Assembly: GCA_024679065.1 (NCBI GenBank)
Contig: JAGIQG010000006.1
Span: 72,354,001 to 72,418,000 of the forward strand
Length of the DNA: 64,000 nt
Direction of reading: 5' to 3'
From: Sphyrna mokarran
Taxonomy: Eukaryota
The position numbers were made by a program, and so were the translations under genes. Shown here piece by piece: positions 38,620 through 51,871 of this stretch. The notes beneath the pieces are model-generated. The model was not told the origin of the DNA, did no database searches, and saw nothing but the letters and a program-made list of their open reading frames with translations. The first letter of the stretch is position 1; each line of letters starts with the position of its first letter.

Positions 38620-39225
38620 TGGGTGGCCACTCCAGTCTCACCGTCTGTGACCTCCCAGCAGCCTGAAATCCAGTAATTCTAGGGCCTCCTCCTCTTCTGG
38701 TGTCTTTCCTTCTCGGCAACTCCATCATCAGTTTTGCCTCTTTCCTTGCAGCTGTGGGCCTATTCCTTTTGCAGGACGAAGGGATAATGTGAGTTTCCAC
38801 ATAAAGACTAAATCGACACATTTCCTGATGCATGATAGTGGCTTCTGAAACCTCCTTCTATACATCTACTCTCAAGGCACTTGGAGAAGCTAAAGAAAGA
38901 TTGACATATGATCATCATTAGGCATCATGTGATAGCTGGTGATGACTCTCCCCTTTGCCAATGCCTGGTTAGTCACGTTGTCTCCATGTGCAACCCATCC
39001 CACAACAATAAGCCATATATAGGATTCACCCTGGTGGCTTGGAGGATGCAATTGAACTGTTTGTGCCATTTCACCCAGGAGTGGGGGTAACCTCATGACT
39101 GCCGACTTCTGTTGCTATCTCTGTCTGGGCTTCCTTGGTGAATGGGAAGCTCTCTTCCTGCCATGCCTTGGGAAGATAAATTCCACCTTTCTCATGCAGA
39201 CTGGAGGAAAACCTGTAGCTGGCAT
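38620..39225 (-). pseudogene. Harbinger accessory Myb/SANT-like DNA-binding gene remnant (two exons)
   Basis: With frameshifts: LQVFLQSA*ER..IFPRHGRKRASH.TKEAQTEIATEVGSHEVTP.SWVKWHKQFNCILQATR|gtgaat (39225-39030); then E*AHSCKERGKTDDGVAE...PEEEEALELL...TDGETG (38770-38620). Confidence 0.8.
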
Positions 39226-39631
39226 CAATAAATTAATTGACCGACTCCACATAATCATGGTTAATTGATTACATTGCTTCTGTACAATGGTGGTGCCTGC
39301 TTCCAGGTATATTACCAAGAGCTGCGCTGCATCATGTGTGTGTCAAATTCTGTCTTACCTTACAGATCTCGGCTTGAGATGGTAGTAAGAATATATCACA
39401 TATAAAGCTGAACTGAGATAGAAAATATCTGTCAGAACTCCTCTCCTGATTATTATCTAATAGCCCTGGGTGCAATTGGATGCGATTGAAAATAGGATAA
39501 CTTTATGCAAAAAAAAAGGCACTTCATAAGGTATTAGAATGTGGAAACTACCTATGGAATAATATCCAACATGATTCAGGCATGGTGAAGGAGGGGTTAA
39601 TGGGTGACATTGACAAAGAGAATGCCAACAT

Positions 39632-39855
39632 GAACAACTCACATTTATATAGTGTCTTTAATTTGAAGAAACATCACAACACACTTTAGAAATAGCTGTA
39701 AGGAAATGGACACTTATCCAGGATGGACAGCATTACAAAGGGGTCACTGCAGTTTTTGATCAAAGTGTTTGTGCTTCGAGAGGTTTTTAAAGATTGAAAG
39801 TGAGATATCGGGAAGCAGAAAGATGTATGTAGAAAATTTCAAATGAAGGGGAAAA
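39632..39855 (-). mobile_element. L2-type LINE 3' end
   Basis: catttatatagtgtcttt...acatcacaacacacttta tail and gaggtttttaaag...gaaaatttc UTR in reverse. Confidence 0.55.
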
Positions 39856-39904
39856 GTGTGGATATCCACCATTTTGTTCGCTCATGTGGATATAAAAAAA
39901 AATT

Positions 39905-40100
39905 ACATGGAAGAGCAGGAATTCTCCCTGATGACCAGCCAACATTCGTCCTTTAACCAACATCATTGATAAAACAGACTATCTGATTGTTATCCTGTTG
40001 CTGTTTATGGTACCTTGATGGAAACTCAATTTCTTCAAAATACTTTAGAACATCCTATGATTGTGAAAGTTTTAAATGTAGGGCAGCAATCTCACGTGCT
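39905..40100 (+). mobile_element. Deu-domain SINE fragment
   Basis: gaagagcaggaattctcc...ccaacat...aaacagactatctg...ttgctgtttatgg; homologous to 14685-14917. Confidence 0.65.
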
Positions 40101-40334
40101 TCCCAGGGTGGGTTTAATGGCAAGCAGAGGGGAGAATATAGTGGGAATTCCAAAATCCATTTCAGACTGGTGTAAAATGTCAGCAGGATCTTCTATTCCT
40201 GCCCATTATGGCAGGTCACAGTATCAGTAGACAGCAGGATTTTCACCCCGCTAATTGGATGCAAAATAAAGGCCCAAACAGTATCATCTTCCCCTCTCCA
40301 ATCTAACACTCAGTTATCCATGCTGCCAAAAGAA

Positions 40335-40632
40335 AACCATAGAATTCCATTCGACCCATCGAGTCTGCACTAACCACAATCTCATCCGGGCCCTATCCCC
40401 TTGACCTCATGTATTTACCCTGCTAGTCTCCCTGACACTATGGGGCAATTTACCATAGCCTATCAACCAAACTTGCACATCATTGGGCTGTGGAAGGAAA
40501 TTGGAGCACTCAGAGGAAATGCACACAGACATCTGGGGAGAATGTGCAAATTCCACACAGATCGTGACCCAAGTCCAGAATTGGAGCCAGGCCCCTACTG
40601 CTGTGAGGCAGCAGTGCCATCATGCCACCCAC
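40335..40632 (-). mobile_element. HE1-like V-SINE, near full length
   Basis: Reverse complement ggtggcatg...ctgcctcacagc...tctgtgtggaatttgcacattctcccc...gtttcctctgagtgctcc; HER1-type tail. Confidence 0.88.
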
Positions 40633-41917
40633 ATGTCTGGACCAACATGGCCTGCACATACTGAAACTTATTTGTTGAAGATCTGGGGCAGCCTCTGAAT
40701 TTTGTGATTGAAGCCTCCAGTGATCATGGGCCCTGGAAGAACAGCAATGGGTGGCAGAGTACCTATCACTTGGATCTTTCAGCTCCAGCTGAGAGATCCA
40801 ATTCCTTTCTTCAATGGTGGGTCATTGATTTCCAATGCCTTTTAAAGGAATTTCCAAATGCCTTTTAAAGATGGCATCTGGATATGATGGTGGGGAGGAA
40901 GTCATTCAGCCCACCCTACTGCATAAAATATCGGGGAAACCTCAACTGCACAATTAAAGATGCTGGATCACCATATACCGTGAGATTTCACATCAGACTC
41001 TGCAACAGGCAACACTCCCTGTCCCCATCCTCATCACGGCACTTATTGTGCTCATAATCTTTCCAACCTTTTCTTTCTTTCCTTCTTTCCTTTCACTCAA
41101 TTCTGTTCCATGGATCATTGTTCAGCGTCACTTACTTGACATCTGAAGTAGTAAAGCTGAATTTTTTATGACTTATATGAAAGATATTAAAGAAGATTAT
41201 TATGCTGTTCGTGCTTCATACAATTCAGTGTTGCCTTTAATAGGTGAGAAATGGCAAGCAATCTCTCAACAGTTGGAGAACCTGCTAATGTTAGGGTGGC
41301 TTCAATGTAACAGTAAATGGTTTGGATAATCTATCCTGCTGAAAAATCTTTTCTTACAAACTATTGATTTTCTTCTCCCAGCTGGAGGTACCTGGAATGC
41401 ACTTATCAGTCTGTTTACTGCTCATGCAGTTTAAATGCTTGGTTTCATGTTGTCTAATGGAATTAGCTAACCTTGTAAGCATTTAACTGAGAAAACAGAA
41501 TGCAGACTTCATTTCAGTGACAAGCATAAAGGATGCAATATGTCATCATGAAGTACAGGGCTACATTTTAATGTTCCAATTTCTGATGTTGCAGAGAAAG
41601 AACAAATTACATTTTATTTCAAGCCATTAGAATATAACAGGATATGGCTTTTGAAATCCCATCTCTATGTTTGTTAAGGTAAAATCTGTTAACACTGGGA
41701 ATCAGAACACTCTCATGTTTTCAGCACCTGGAGTTAGTAGAAAGCAGTGCTAGGATTGCCACAGTTAGATACAAAGTAAAGCTTCCACTGCTTTGTCCCA
41801 ACAGTCATCCACTGTGATTGAGATTGTGCCAAATTAGGTGCAGTTTTGTGCTGTAGATATAGCCTGCCCTCCACCCCTCCTTACCACCACTGTTCTACAA
41901 ACTGGGTTTGTGATTCC

Positions 41918-42015
41918 TCAAATACAAATAAGTGCTGGAAATACTCAACAATCAGGCAACTTCTGTGGTCGGTGAATCGGAGTTAATGTTTCAGTTCAGT
42001 GACCTTACATGAGAA
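41918..42015 (-). mobile_element. Single-arm fragment of the 22082 Penelope family with decayed hammerhead
   Basis: gtgctggaaatactca...ctgtgg...gagttaatgtttcagttcagtgacctt matches the left arm of 22108-22205. Confidence 0.65.
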
Positions 42016-42850
42016 TGGCTTTTGGATGTTGTCATGGGGGCTGGTTTGTAGATAATAAATAGGAGGGAGCCAAAGATAGATTCTTGGAGGGAACAATGAA
42101 GAGGCAAAAAGGGAAGCCATTGCAGGTGATTCTCTGACCATAGTTTGATATATTAGACCAGAAGTAAGAAAGGACATTCCGACTGAGCTGTTTACTGGAG
42201 TGTTGGAGGAACATGGTGTAGTCAATTGTGTCAAAGACCACAGAGACTTACAATAGATACAATAGACAGGCTGAGAAGAATGACCTTCACATATACAAAG
42301 AATATCATATGTATCTTTGATGGAGGTTGTTTCAATATTGTGGCTTGGCTAGGAACCTGATTGGAATAATTCAATCAGAATTGCAGGAAAGGTGAGCACT
42401 GATTTGGGAGGTAGAAACATGCTCAAAAACTTTAAGGAGAAAGGGAGGGAGGTATCGGCAAAAATAGATGGGTCAAGGATAAGTTTTTTAAGCACATTTT
42501 TTGGCAGCAGATTTGAAGGAGTGTGGTGGGGACAGGTGGCTAGTGGGGAAAATAACTATAAAGAGAGAACTTTTAAAAATATCAGCTAAAATGGGGTCCA
42601 GAGCAAGAAGTTGGGAGGCCAGTTGTTGGTTTGAATGGGGTCTAGAAGGCAAGAGTTAGATTTCATGGATAAAATGAGCTTGGTATGAACAAGGCAGGAA
42701 CTGAGATGGATTTTAGAGAAAACTATAAATTCAGGATTATAGGGCAGAGTTGAACATTAGGATTAAATTTGATTTGGAAAAAGAAGAAAGTAGCAGAGGC
42801 AGCTGAATGGATTGTCTCAATAAAGTTAACGAGTTCCTTGCGCTTATTGT
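42016..42850 (-). mobile_element. L2 LINE RT remnant
   Basis: VFDTIDYTMFLQ, QRITCNGF, PRIYLWLPPI (decayed PQGSILGP), SCLLDPI, LADIFKSSL. Confidence 0.78.
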
Positions 42851-43203
42851 TGAATAATGCAATGACCATCTTTGTTTCCATCTTAATCTATTTTTAAAAG
42901 TTATTCACTGAAGGCCTCAGGCCCATGCATCAGATTTTCAGGTTGAGCATACATTACTGTAAGGTGCACTCTATAGAGGAATGTCAGGTGGAGAAGATAG
43001 CATGAACATAATGGGGCCCACCCAGATTTGCATTTTTCAACTAGCTGAATATTTATGCTCATTTGCAAAAGAGAAAGCATTGTCCCATATGTTTAATTCT
43101 TGTATTCAATGTGATGTTACAACATGGTTCTGCAAGCTAAAGATAAAGCAATGTTACAACTAAGCTTAAGACAACTTAACACTATGTGTTTCAGTTCCTA
43201 TGT

Positions 43204-43270
43204 TGTAAAACACATCCTGTGCAAAACACATCCTGTGTAAAACACATTGGGTGCAAAACATGTCCTGTGC
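43204..43270. repeat. 16-bp minisatellite, ~4 copies
   Basis: tgtaaaacacatcctg / tgcaaaacacatcctg / tgtaaaacacattggg / tgcaaaacatgtcctg. Confidence 0.9.
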
Positions 43271-43485
43271 TATTGTTATGGCACAGAGTCTCTGACACAT
43301 GAAGGTTTGTAGTATTGTTCAATCTTTGCAGTTACCCCAGAAGTCAGTTATAACAAGGTCACACCTTGTATGGAAGAAGAGTATTCATGTGTGTAAAAGT
43401 GTACACATTTTGCCAATTTTCAAGACGTAGATTTTTTTCTCAAATTCATCCATTCAATCTAGCAGCACTGACTCTTTGGATGGTC

Positions 43486-43624
43486 ATGATGTAAATATGC
43501 CGATGTTGGACTGGGGTAAACACAGTAAAAGTCTGACAACACAGGTTTAAATCCAACCAATTTATTATCAAATTTATTTACTATCAAATAAATCAAATAA
43601 TTGGTGTTGTCAGACTTCTTACTG
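43486..43624 (-). mobile_element. Miniature fold-back Penelope-like end (same family as 5389) with 13-bp TSD
   Basis: Tail atgatgtaaatatgccgatgttggactggggtaaaca, then cagtaaaagtctgacaacac ... gtgttgtcagacttcttactg. TSD tctttggatggtc at 43473-43485 and 43625-43637. Confidence 0.85.
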
Positions 43625-44417
43625 TCTTTGGATGGTCTTAGTGCAGGCAGTTTGAGCATCTGGTTTCAGGGAAGAGGAAGGAGGGTGACCTTTTGACCTG
43701 AAAAGCAAAACTCTTGTTTGTCAAACCTCCCTTGTCAGCATCTCCAAGAATACTGACCTCTTCTCCACAGCCATCATCTCAGAAATGCTCACAATGGCCT
43801 GCAGCTTCAAAGTCTTGCCAAGAGGTGTCTCCCTTTAAAAGCTGCTGCCTGGTTTGATTTTCCAAATTGGCAGCTAACCAACATTTAGACCTTAATACTT
43901 GCACACATTATACTGTCCAAACACATCTAGGTTAGAAGTATTACCAAGAAATACAGCCAAGTTTGTCAGATATGTAGGATTTAAAATAATGTCACAAAAA
44001 AATTTGCAACATTGGAAGTGAAATGTGACTTATGAATAGGAAGTGGGTCCTCCCTGCAGATTTTTTAAAACAATATTATACATAGAAATGGAGAAACAAT
44101 TAATGCTCCTGATGACCAATAAACAAAAACTTAATTTGGGGGAATGAGACAAACTCTGATTCACACTACTGCCCACTGAGACCACATGATTGAAAAATTT
44201 GCCTTTGGTGATATATAATATTAGTAAATGATATTAAAATCATGCTCAACTTTGATGGACCAAGTAAACTGGTTGGGGTTTACAAGAAGGGGTTTGGGGA
44301 AGGTGTGGAAATCATAAACCAAACTTTAATGGGAAAATTGAGGGTAATCCAATACTACAAATTCTTACATGTGAGTCCAGAGGGTGGAGTAAAAGAAAAC
44401 CTGCAGAGGTGATTTTT

Positions 44418-44520
44418 TTAAGAATCTCTACAATGTAGAAGGAGGCCATTTGGCCCATCAAGTCTGTACTGACCACAATTCCACCCAGGCCCTATTCCCG
44501 TAACCCCAGATATTTGATCT
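44418..44520 (-). mobile_element. HE1/HER1 3' tail fragment
   Basis: agaaggaggccatttggcccatcaagtctgtactgaccacaattccacccaggccctattcccg. Confidence 0.75.
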
Positions 44521-47500
44521 TTGCTGGACAAGATGTGGAACTGATCTTGAGGTAATAAGCAGTTTTGGCCATGGAGAGGGAACAATGTTACAATTTAAAA
44601 TCTTCAAGTTACTTGTGATGATGGAGTGCATGATCACCAAACGTAGAGTCCAGTGGTTTTGGGAAAAGCAGCTGTTATTGTAGTTCTGGCTTTCTGTTGT
44701 TTTTCTCTCTTCAGATCAATTACTTTAATAACATATTTTTTACAAATCCTCCCAAACTATATATTCTTGCCAAGATCATTTCATTACAATTAACATTGTG
44801 ACTCTAATGAAAGGAAAAAAAATGATTTACATCAATGTAAAACTATAACCCCAGAATACCAGGGTTCGTATTCTGGCATAAGATATGAGTATGGCTTTTA
44901 CCTCTGAGCCTAAAGTTTGTGAGAATGTGGGGTCTACAAAAGTTTAATTTGGCCACTGGGAAACTTGTACAATCCCACTTTATTTTTTTTTGGTCTATTT
45001 ACTGATGTATAAGTAATCTAGCAGATTCCACAGGTCAGTACGCATACAGCATATAGCCCAGCAAAGGCAATGAGAGGATGTCAGTTTCTGCTTCAGAGTG
45101 GATCTTTGGTTGCCCCTGCTGCTTCTTTATCAAAGAGATTACATTAAAAATGAAAGAAAGTATTTGTTAGATCTCAGAGTTTCCAGGTCTCAAAGCCAGA
45201 TTCAAACCTAAGCCTGATTGCTGTCTGTGTTGGTTTGGCTGATTGGGCTTGATTTATTTGTGCTGCTTAAACACCAGTGCCAAAGAAGGCCTGTGGTTCA
45301 GGAACAATGACTTCAATCCTCTTGTTCTTTACCATTGATGACCTTAATGGGGCGGGCAAAAGCTCCATCCCACATTTCAGAAACATGTCTGGATTCTGTT
45401 GGAAGAGCTGTCACTTTAGTGTGTGGGTGTGTGCGTTGAAATGATTTTGAAACTCCCAAATCAATATCCACATTTTATATTCCATTATCTATTTCGTATT
45501 ACAACTTCAAACCGATTTTTTAAAAATAAACAAGCTATTTGAATCTGTTAGAGGCAAAAAAAAGTATAGACAGATGGATAGGGATTCCTAAGTTAAACCT
45601 TTTCAGACCTCATTGGAAATTAACGCTGCCATGTTGCTGGGAAGCTGATAAATATGCCAAGAAACTATAAAGCATGTCTTTGTTATCAGGATCTATCACT
45701 TCCTCTTTCCAAAGGTTCAGCAGACCCACTGATTGCAGTTGCATCGACATCTGACATTGGAATCAAATACTTCTATAAACAGGAAGGTTTTTTTTAAAAA
45801 AAATGGATATAATTAATTTAAGTCCTTGATCAGGAAGTGGTAGTGGCTGAAATAGCTAACTTTCACTTATTTGTGCACTGGAGTGCTGAATGGATAACTG
45901 ATTAGTGTGTCTAATCCGATTAATGCCCCATGTGGATTTTATTGTACGTGGCACAGTGCTGTGAGAAGAGAGTTTTACTGACAACAGAAGAGTTGGAGAT
46001 TCAATTCAGAAACTCTCATTAGTTCTGCATCTGCTAGCTACTCAGCAATCCTTCCCCTTGAAGCAAACAGTTCATTTTTTTTCTCCAATTTTAAAATGCT
46101 TCTTCTGTTACTTTTATTTTAACAATGTTTTTTTTTGCTTCTTGACAGCCTGCCAAGCCTGTAAATTCAAAACGTGAACCATCTGATCTGCTTAAGTTGC
46201 ATTTTAAAAGAAAAATTCTGCCCTCCCACGTTTATCAGCTGTGTTTACCCTGTCATCTTTGCTGCCAAAAGATGTAATGCGCACATTACTATCTCACCGT
46301 GTCTTCACCCAAGAAAATTAGATAGATCCAGAAAAAAAAAATCTATTTGTAAATGTATGTAGTAGCGTTGGCATTTCATCTTTCATCACCGAAAGATCAG
46401 CCAAGTTCCCTCAATCCACATGAGTTTTCTCTTGTAGTGTGATTAGCTTTTTCACTCAGCAATCCTGAGCTCATGGAAGAAATGCTGAAATTTGTGATTA
46501 AGGTTTTAAGCAAAGATGTTTTGTACAGTTATTGGCTTCCCCTGTTCATGCTGAGCCCTGCTTGGTCTCCTGGTTATCTTTACTTGCCTTATGTTAATGT
46601 GCTAACTCCTAAGAAATATTTGATGTTACTGTTTTTGATCAAAACATGACAAAAACAGAGTAAATGTTGTCTTAAAATATTGGGAAAAAATGATATTTAT
46701 CAACTACTTTCCTTACATTAGCACTCATAATGTGAAAATGGGATGACATTTTATCATTTCTACTTGATGCAAGTTATTGAGGATGCTTGTTCTCTAAGAT
46801 AAATGCAACAGAAAATACTACTATATTTTTGAAGAGGAGATCATCAAGCTTATAATACATTTTCAAAACATGCTGTTCTTGAATTTCTGATGGAAGGCAT
46901 TGGTTCCAATATTCATCAAGGGGTAGGGAGAGTGGGACGAGTCAAAAATGGTCCAATAATCCCTCACGGCTGGGATGGAGAAACCTTAGTAAAATTAATA
47001 GTGGCACTTCATTAACATTTTTGCCCATTTCCTGCCTGGTAGCTGGGCAATTTCACAGCCTAGCCAACAGCTGGGAGGAAAGAGGAGACTATTGCCATGC
47101 ACCTCAGAGAAAGTTGCTTGGAATTGGAGGGAAGAACATTGCACTTAGGAATGGAAGGTGGGCATTCATAGTGGGAATACAAGAGTCTATGATCAGAGGG
47201 AGAGGCCATGTTGGTACCTCTTTAAATAGCAGCCGTAGTTGTAAGCTATTATAAAGATAATCAATAGTTTAGTTAAACATATTATTAAAGTAAATTTACA
47301 GTAGTTTCTGGAGCTGCAAGTGGTTGCTGCTTATGAGATCACACAGAAAAAAAGAGAAAACAAAAGAATCATCTGATGACTCACATGATGAATCCCATGA
47401 GATGATTCAGAAGCTATGTACTTGCAGCCATCATGCATCACAAAACTAAAGCTTCCTTGAGGAATTGAGGTGAGCACTGCTGCTCTTTCAAGGAGCGCCT

Positions 47501-48694
47501 TATGGAGCCAACGGCTCCTGCTTACCTTTCACTGTCAGATTTCTTGACCCCTGAGAATCCAGCCGCAGTAGTAATATTTAAATTGGATTCCCAATTGCAC
47601 TGTAAGTGTCTGATTTAAATATGTAAATAGAGTCCCACACCACTCCGCGGTGGAACGCTTGAATGCCCTGTGTCATATCCAGTATAGGCATGAAAATATT
47701 ACAAATTATAGAGCTTTATTTTGTTCTAAAAATGAACACCAAAAGCTTTTCAAAATGGCTGTAGCGTACCATGTGACTTCTTTGGCATTTGCACCGTGGC
47801 CAACACTTGATTAAATATGGACCTGAGTGAAGGAATCTCACAGTTACTTGTGAAATTCACACGCCTCATTGTTCAAGAATGGACCAAAACCTACAGACCA
47901 GGCTTGTCCATTCTTTTTTGTCGGGGGGAGGCACATTTGCAAGTTACTCAAAGACCAATGAAGAAACTTTGGAAAATAACATTTGACACTAAAATAAACT
48001 GAGGGGGCAATTCTCCTGGGCTACAAGCCCCAACCAGACTTCCCAATGAATTGGGAATGAGGGTTACATTGGGATTTTCACCGGGCATCAAACTTGTTGC
48101 GAATCTCCCAGCTCACTGCACCTGACCAGATCAGTTTTCTCATCCAAAGCAGGTGAGAACTAATTACAACTACTTTAAATTTTAATTCAACCAGCCTGAT
48201 TCAATAGCCTCCTGAGATGCTTCATTGCCCCAAGTAGAAAGTTCCCTTGGGCGCCAATCAATCTTGGTCCTAATGATCAGAGACCAAGTGCTGTGGTTTC
48301 TGAGAGAAGGGGGTAAGGAAATAACTACTGCCTTCAACTGTGCCCGGGGCTCCTCTGCTGCTGACAGCCATCAGAGAGGGGGAGCCCTCAAAGGCCCTGG
48401 AAGCAAGAGATGCTCCAGCTGGAGGGAAAGGGTTGATGTCAACCCTGGGTTGGGGATCTCATGCCAAGACTTCTCTTTGTAGTCCTGGAAAACATGGAAG
48501 TCACTCTTATGATAGTGATTTCAGACACCTTTATGGAAACATCTTTATTATTGTCTGTGATCAGTGAAATCTTTGGAGTGGCCTGTTTTCATTAAAATCC
48601 ATGGCTCTTGAAGATCTGAAAGCCTTCAAAATCACAGCAGCACTCTACCAAAGAGATTGCCCTTGTGTTATAATTCAAGTCAGAAACTTCAAAG

Positions 48695-49560
48695 TATTTT
48701 ATGATGTCGGCTTGGCTCTTATTTTGCAATTTGAATTTGTCTAGAATAAGCATGAGATGTTTCATTTCAAGTATGATTCAAATGATCCACTAGAGAGCTT
48801 TTATCAAACAAAGTTTATTTAAGAATACAGTTAACATGCATATTAAGAAATTTAGCAATAACTTTTACATTACAAACAAGAAAATAAGCAACTATAATAT
48901 TGTATAAATCCTTGACAAATATATTAAATGTTCTAACCAAACAACTCTCCTTAAATAAAACCCTTGCCACAGGTTTAGCACAAAAAGTATAAATGCTGAT
49001 ATGATGCTGGAATTTAGTCCTTTGGTTAAATGCTGCAGCTCTCTTGATGTGCACATAGATAAGCTTGAAGTCAAAACAGCTTCCATAAACACATGGGGGG
49101 TGGGTACAGAGAGAGAGAGAGAGAGTCTAGTTACTAGCTAGCAAACCACCAACAGCAGAAGTTTCACTCCAGGATGGCAAGGAGACCTGTGTCCAGCTAG
49201 CCAGTAGAATTTACAAAACCATGGAATGAGAGACAGAGAGAAAACCTGCCTATCACTCAACAATCAGGGAGCTTTTAACTCTAAACCAATACTGAAAGTG
49301 AATCCTTGGATTCTTCTGGGGAAGAATCACTTGATTTTGACTTGTCAATCAATCTTCCCCTCACAATGCATAGTCATAAAAAAATCCCAGAAAGTACCTG
49401 AGTCTCAGAGTAAAAATAAACAAAGCACCGTTTAAGCCATTGAAGCAGCAATAAAAGGATTTCTAGAATTCAGCTTAGCAACAATGAAACCAAAAGGCCT
49501 ACTTAGTACGGCAGAGAACATGATTTAAGAAAAACATATCTTAAAGGTACACCAGCAGCA
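48695..49560 (-). mobile_element. Probable solo-LTR-like element
   Basis: Similar organisation to 50614-51871 (minus-strand AATAAA at ~48814, (AG)n tract at ~49108-49125); termini not clearly resolved. Confidence 0.4.
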
Positions 49561-49585
49561 TATTGGATTGACTTCAGAAGCCCCA

Positions 49586-50606
49586 TAGAACATAGAACAT
49601 AGAACATAGAGCATTACAGCACAGAACAGGCCCTTCGGCCTTCGATGTTGCGCTGACCAATATAAAAAGCAATGCCCCTCCAAACTAAACCATTCCCTTC
49701 TCTTCCATATACTTATCAACTAACCTCTTAAACGCCACCAAACTTGGCGCATCTACAACTGCTGCAGGCAGGGCATTCCACTCCCGAACCACCCTTTGGG
49801 TAAAGAACCTACCTCTGATATCCGTCCTATAACTATCACCCCTTAATTTAAAGCTGTGTCCCCTCGTGCTAGCTTTCTCCATCCTAGGAAAAAGGCTATC
49901 ACTGTCCACCCTATCTAAACCTCTAATCATCTTATATGTTTCGATAAGGTCCCCTCTTAGCCGCCTCCTTTCTAACGAAAACAACCTCAAATCCCTCAGC
50001 CTCTCTTCATAAGACCTGCCCTCCATACCAGGCAACATCCTGGTAAACCTCCTCTGTACCCTCTCCAATGCCTCCACATCTTTCTTATAATGTGGGGACC
50101 AGAACTGCACACAATACTCCAAGTGCGGCCGCACTAGAGTTTTGTACAGTTGCAACATGACGTTGCGGCTCCGAAATTCAATCCCCCTACCAATAAAAGC
50201 TAAGACTCCATATGCCTTCTTAACAACCTTCTCGACTTGACTGCCTACTTTCAGGGATCTATGCACATACACACCAAGATCCCTCTGTTCATCAACACTA
50301 CTAAGAATCCTACCATTAGCCCTATACTCTACACATTTATTATTCCTGCCATAGTGCATTACCTCACACTTTTCCACATTAAACTCCATTTGCCACCTCT
50401 CGGCCCAGCTCTGCAACTTGTCCAAGTCCCTCTGCAAACTATAACACCCCTCTTCACTATCTACCACTCCACCGACTTTAGTGTCATCTGCAAATTTACT
50501 AATCCATCCTTCAATACCCTCATCCAGATCATTTATAAAAATTACAAACAGCAGGGGCCCCAAAACAGACCCCTGAGGTACACCACTTGTCACCGAACTC
50601 CACGAC
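49586..50606 (-). mobile_element. Young 5'-truncated CR1/HER1 LINE with (TTCTATG)n tail
   Basis: Uninterrupted ORF, many CpGs retained, tail (catagaa)x3-4 at 49584-49611, possible TSD cccca (49581-49585 / 50607-50611). Confidence 0.95.
49685..50606 (-). CDS. CR1 ORF2 C-terminal half (reverse transcriptase), no start codon of its own
   Basis: VTSGVPQGSVLGPLLF, FADDTK, LYKTLVRPHLEYCVQFWSP, RFFTQRVV; ~307 codons with no stop. Confidence 0.9.
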
Positions 50607-50613
50607 CCCCAGG

Positions 50614-51871
50614 TGTTATCAGATCTCTTCAAAGAACTTTGAGTGACACAGTGGTTAGTACTGCTGCCTCACAGCGTCAGGGACCCGTCTTTGGATCACT
50701 GTCTGTGTGGAATTTGCATGTTTGCATGGGTTTCCTTCAAGTACTCTGGTTTCCTCGCACACTCCAAGGATATGTGGGTTAGATGGATTGGCCATGCTAA
50801 ATTGCTGCTTAGTGTCAGGGGATTAGCAGGGTAAACATGTGGAGTTAAAGGGGATATGGACTGGGTAGAATTGCTGTCAGTGCATGCTTGATGGGCTGAA
50901 TGGCCTCTTTCTGTATTGTAGGGTTTCTGTGATACTTTCATGATTTCTATGAGTATCAGGTATTATGTAGAGAAGGGTAATCTCCTCTCAGAGAATCAGC
51001 ACTCAACCACTTAAAGAGAAATACCGCTGTTTCATAATCTATTAAAGAGTATGTGAGAAATGGTATGACTTGCCTACAGAAATTTTTAGTGGTTAGATCA
51101 AAATAAATACCTGAGAGTCTCTCTTTAAATGAAATAAGTAACACTTTATTTTTTTAACTAACGATAAACAGCGTTAACTAAACTATTTGCAAACCAAATA
51201 AAATACTATGCTAATGAAATCCTGTTTAGATAAATACAATTCCCACTTATTAACAAAAAGAAAATAGAACTTTTAGTCACACTTAAAGTGCAATCAAGTT
51301 TGTCAAATTCTGGAATGTTCTTTCTGCATTATTGACTTTTCCTGTCTTCCATTGATCTGTTCTGCAGAGATGAAATGAAGATTTCTTTTAAGACTTAAAA
51401 TGTGGCTGTTACATTGGCAGAAAGTTGCTGTTTGTCTGTCTGTCTGTCTGTTTTTCTCTCTCTCTCTCTGTGGCAGGCTGCTGGCAGAGGCAATGGCTGT
51501 CTTTCTGGCCATTTCGAGCTGGAAGCTTTAGCCTTCATAACCCTGACGACATACCAAAATTCATTCATAGGATTGATTTTAAAGGGTATCAAAACATAAC
51601 ATTCTAATTTGATAGCTGCTGTGATTCAAATGCCTATTTTAAATAAATGGGTTAAAATTCAAAAACATGTTCTGATTTAAATGCCTAAAATTTGTTAATA
51701 AAGTAACCCTGTTGTTTTTGCCTGATACATTGTTCCAGTCTGTACTGGATTTTTCCGCCTGCAGCTCTTTTGTACAGTAAAAAAAACTAATTCATCTTTT
51801 AAACAGACAACTTTACAACTCTGAGCATTTTTACAATATTTATAATTTTTCCAAACACTAACTTCACAACA
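50614..51871 (-). mobile_element. Solo LTR with 4-bp TSD, interrupted by an HE1 SINE
   Basis: Starts TGTTAT (50614), ends ACAACA (51871), flanked by cagg (50610-50613, 51872-51875); minus-strand AATAAA at ~51145; (TCTG)n/(TC)n at ~51430-51470. Confidence 0.78.
50641..50950 (+). mobile_element. HE1-like V-SINE
   Basis: cacagtggttagtactgctgcctcacagcgtcagggaccc...ctgtctgtgtggaatttgca...tggattggccatgctaaattg...gatgggctgaatggcctc. Confidence 0.92.

Noticed and set aside
43204-43270. Short repeats as a possible CRISPR-like array
   Set aside because: Contiguous 16-bp units with no spacers, in a eukaryotic context; a minisatellite.
50607-50632. N-terminus MKRSDNTWG of the 315-aa ORF
   Set aside because: Derived from flanking target/LTR sequence beyond the LINE 5' truncation; not a real start.
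50237-50782. 181-aa plus-strand ORF
   Set aside because: Antisense shadow of the CR1 RT, running into LTR and SINE sequence.
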